64,000 nt of DNA from Eledone cirrhosa. Lineage: Eukaryota. Shown here in pieces: positions 60,258 to 64,000 of this stretch (position 1 is the first letter of the stretch; each line of letters opens with the position of its first letter). The DNA is taken from contig OZ024759.1 in the NCBI GenBank assembly GCA_964016885.1, positions 31,248,001-31,312,000 of the forward strand, written 5' to 3'. The notes below the pieces were generated by a model, which saw only the letters and a list, made by a program, of their open reading frames with translations, made no database searches and had not been told where the DNA came from. The position numbers were made by a program, and so were the translations under genes.

Positions 60258-61136
60258 AACATTAAGGAACTGATAGTTAGATCACACCAAGGAAAATATG
60301 TTTGTGTTGGTCTTTCAATTAAATATACTATCTACAGCTCGCAATTCCTGGTAGAAAAAGGCTGGGTTTAAACTCAAAACATTAATCTAAAGGGTATATA
60401 AGTCTATAGAGTATACGCATTAGTTCTCCTTAATTCCATATCCACTTCTGGATATTAAACCGTTGAAAATTCTCACAGTAGAACAACTCTAATCCATAAA
60501 TATGGATAAAATAACACCAAGTTACAATCCATTACTATAACAAACATTCAATACAGATATAACTTAACATATGTAATGGATGTGAAATCTGTAACTTTCA
60601 TATTCTACACACAAACAAATTTGAACTATACAGAAAATATCATCGCATTGCACCCACCATAATACACTGACATATTCGTTTAAAGTGCTTGTATTTTATG
60701 TAATACCTTGGCATACAGTACTCATATATGCATGATATATTTGTTTGTTCCATTCCTTTATATATGACTAACGCATGTACTATCTCTTTAATTTAATTAT
60801 TAGACTATTCTCTTGTATTATCTGTCGCATGTATTCTACCCTTTGCTTTTAATTTTAATTTTAATTTTAATTTTTAATTTTTAATTTTAATTCTAATCTT
60901 AATTTGAATTATTGTACAATTCTCGTATAATATATGTCGCATCCATTAACATGAAACTGTTGCCCACAACATCAATATATATGTATCTGTATGATTCTTC
61001 AGATGAATAGGAGGTTAATTATATGTACAAACATTGATAATGCTCCGAGGACTCGAAGCTTAGGTTTGGAAGAAACAATTGTCAGCGATTAAATGGTTTA
61101 AACATAACTTTGATACTTGTGTAATCTCTCTCTCTC

Positions 61137-61277
<141 letters not shown>

Positions 61278-61537
61278 GTGTATGTGTGTGTGTGTGTATA
61301 TATATATAAACAAGTGAATGAATGAAGGGGTTACTAGCCTTTATAACAAGTTCTTTATACAAATCTTACATGATGTTTCACCCACATTAAAGAATCATGC
61401 GGGCTCTTCAGAGAAATCTTTGTTAATACAATGTCATCGATAAATATACCGTCAGATCTGGTTGAAACTATTCACAGTAGATTTACGTCTCCATGCGGAT
61501 TTACGTCCCCAAAATTATTAATGGCGTCTGTGAAAGG

Positions 61538-61594
<57 letters not shown>

Positions 61595-61741
61595 ACAGAG
61601 AGAGTAACATAATACCCGTCAAATTGATTTAATACCATTGTAAATTGTACGTAAATTAGTTTAGAATGAACCCTCCCCCCTGACATATAACAGCACTATC
61701 CCCACAAGACCACATATGTATTTTTATAAAAACATATCTTA

Positions 61742-61775
<34 letters not shown>

Positions 61776-62073
61776 TGGTGTAAACTTCGAGTAAACGATA
61801 AACTTTGTCGAATTACAAGAAAACATGACATTTGACAAAAGATTTATGGCATGAAGAAAGGAAAATGAACGTCAGAGAGCCATATTATTTTTAGATATAA
61901 TATTACAACCAGCTTCCTCAGTTAAAAACCATATATTTTCCTTTCGTTCAGAATTTTCCACAATATTCTCATTTGGAATAATAATCCTATAATCCTTTAT
62001 GGCGATGAACTTTGCTTCATTTATAATCCAGAAGATAGTAGATAATGTCCCACAATAATATCAAAAGACGGAG

Positions 62074-62186
<113 letters not shown>

Positions 62187-62291
62187 AGAGGTTATATTTA
62201 ATTTGTTGGGATACAACAAGCAAAATATTTTTATAACTGATATAAAGCACTCAAAATATGTATAATGAAATAAATATGGTTTTATAAATAT

Positions 62292-62364
<73 letters not shown>

Positions 62365-62602
62365 CAGTGGACTTAACAAGCTGTAAACTATACAGATTCA
62401 CTTGAAGAGAAAACAAAATTCACTCTAAAACTATTAGCGATATTGCTACCAAATGTTTTCTTGACGATTGAACTTAGCTACCATTCTCAGTCCATCTAGG
62501 AACTTCCGTTATATTGAAACGAGGTCCCAAAAAGGACCGAATATGATAGAAAAGTTTGTAGATAGAATATATTCCGATTTCAAACCCCCCATAAAACAAA
62601 GA

Positions 62603-62648
<46 letters not shown>

Positions 62649-63077
62649 CTGTTTCTACGTTTGGCACAAGGCCAGAAATTACCCAGTGTATTACTGGTAC
62701 TTTATTTTATCGACCCCGTAAGGATGAAAGGCAAAGTTAACCTCGGCGGGATTATCTTTCAGTGTTATATATATATATATAACACTGAAAGATATATTAC
62801 ATATTCGTAGGGCTTATACTCTCACGCAAATATCTATGTTTTTACTGAGCGAATAAACGTATAAACGTAGGCATAAACATGTGGTTTCCCCCAGTAAATT
62901 AGGGAATGGTGTGAGGGATATTTGTCTCCTATTTCTAGCTGGTCCCAGATAAGACAAAGTCCCAGAAAGGACCGAATATGATAGAAAAGTTTGCCGATGA
63001 AATATATTCCGATTTCAAATTCATAAAACAAAGAAGATATGTATATATATGTATATATATGTGTGTGTGTATAAATA

Positions 63078-63480
63078 GATGACCCCTTAGCCTTTGTCAA
63101 GGCAGAATTCTAGGAGAAGGAAAACTCTGATATAACACCTGCAACTCTGATGGTATCCAATGATGTTGACTTGTTCTTCTTTTTGGTAAATATCATCTTG
63201 GTTAAGAGAGTGGGACTGGCTTTGTGCAGTGCCTTTGCTCACTATAAAAGCTTCATGGCACAGGCATTGCTTTATATCTGGAGATCTCTCTGCACTTGTC
63301 GTCACATGGTACCATGGGCCCAGCACTATGTGTCAATAATTGTCACAAGTGTAGTGTTTGTACCAGAGTTTTCAAGTCGCTGGCTGGACTAAAAAGTCAC
63401 ACTCGTTCAGCGCATCGGTAGGGGTTCTCCTACATGGATATAAAGTAGTGGCCGTACTCGAAAACGAGTTGGCAGCCACC
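63078..63480 (+). mobile_element. Family D element
   Basis: Reverse complement of 19998-20400; (TA)n tail. Confidence 0.85.
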
Positions 63481-63482
63481 AT

Positions 63483-63555
<73 letters not shown>

Positions 63556-64000
63556 TATATCACAGAATGACATATTACTTTCAGTTATAACCAATACAAC
63601 AGTAAATGTTCTATTTGTTTACACATACACACAAACATCTATGTATGTACATAGCGAATAAACGTACACATATCAATGTCATTTCCTCATGATATGAGGG
63701 TGTGATGTGAGGGAGATGTTTCCGCTATTTCTAGCTGGTAGAATGACAATGTATATGTGTATAGACGTCTCCAATGACTTGGCATATTTCTGTTTGTATA
63801 TTATTCTATATTTCAATCAGTTTTCAACCACCTTTTTGAGTCGGATATATAAGACTGTCGGATATATAAGACTGTCGGTATTTATATCTTACTAACAAGA
63901 CATTGATCAACTTGCGACTATAAGGAAACATTAGTTGACGTTGCCACGCATTGAGACTAAACACAAAACAAGATGGCTGCAAAGCTAAACCTTTGTAGCC

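Overview
Eukaryotic, AT-rich, extremely microsatellite-dense DNA with one 200-N gap. The repeat content (tRNA-derived SINEs resembling cephalopod OK/OR families, massive (TA)n/(TG)n tracts) suggests an octopod intron or intergenic region; this is an inference. No intact host gene is recognisable, and nearly all listed ORFs are microsatellite artefacts. Recognisable coding remnants are 3' fragments of CR1-like, RTE, CRE-like and R4/Dong-like retrotransposons. The main signal is a very dense set of about 20 intact or degenerate minimal type-I hammerhead ribozyme (HHR) motifs: CUGANGA-stem II-GAAA-palindromic stem III-NUH, often followed by AATAAA. They belong to many unrelated short elements, typically fold-back palindromes embedded in (TA)n, which is the signature of Penelope-like element (PLE) termini or retrozyme-like elements. 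One abundant family is a palindrome of two HHR 3'-halves whose arms appear to be copied de novo at each insertion. Also present: a Merlin-like MITE with an 8-bp TSD inside a SINE, several minisatellites and two RFX X-boxes. All folds and coordinates were read by eye.
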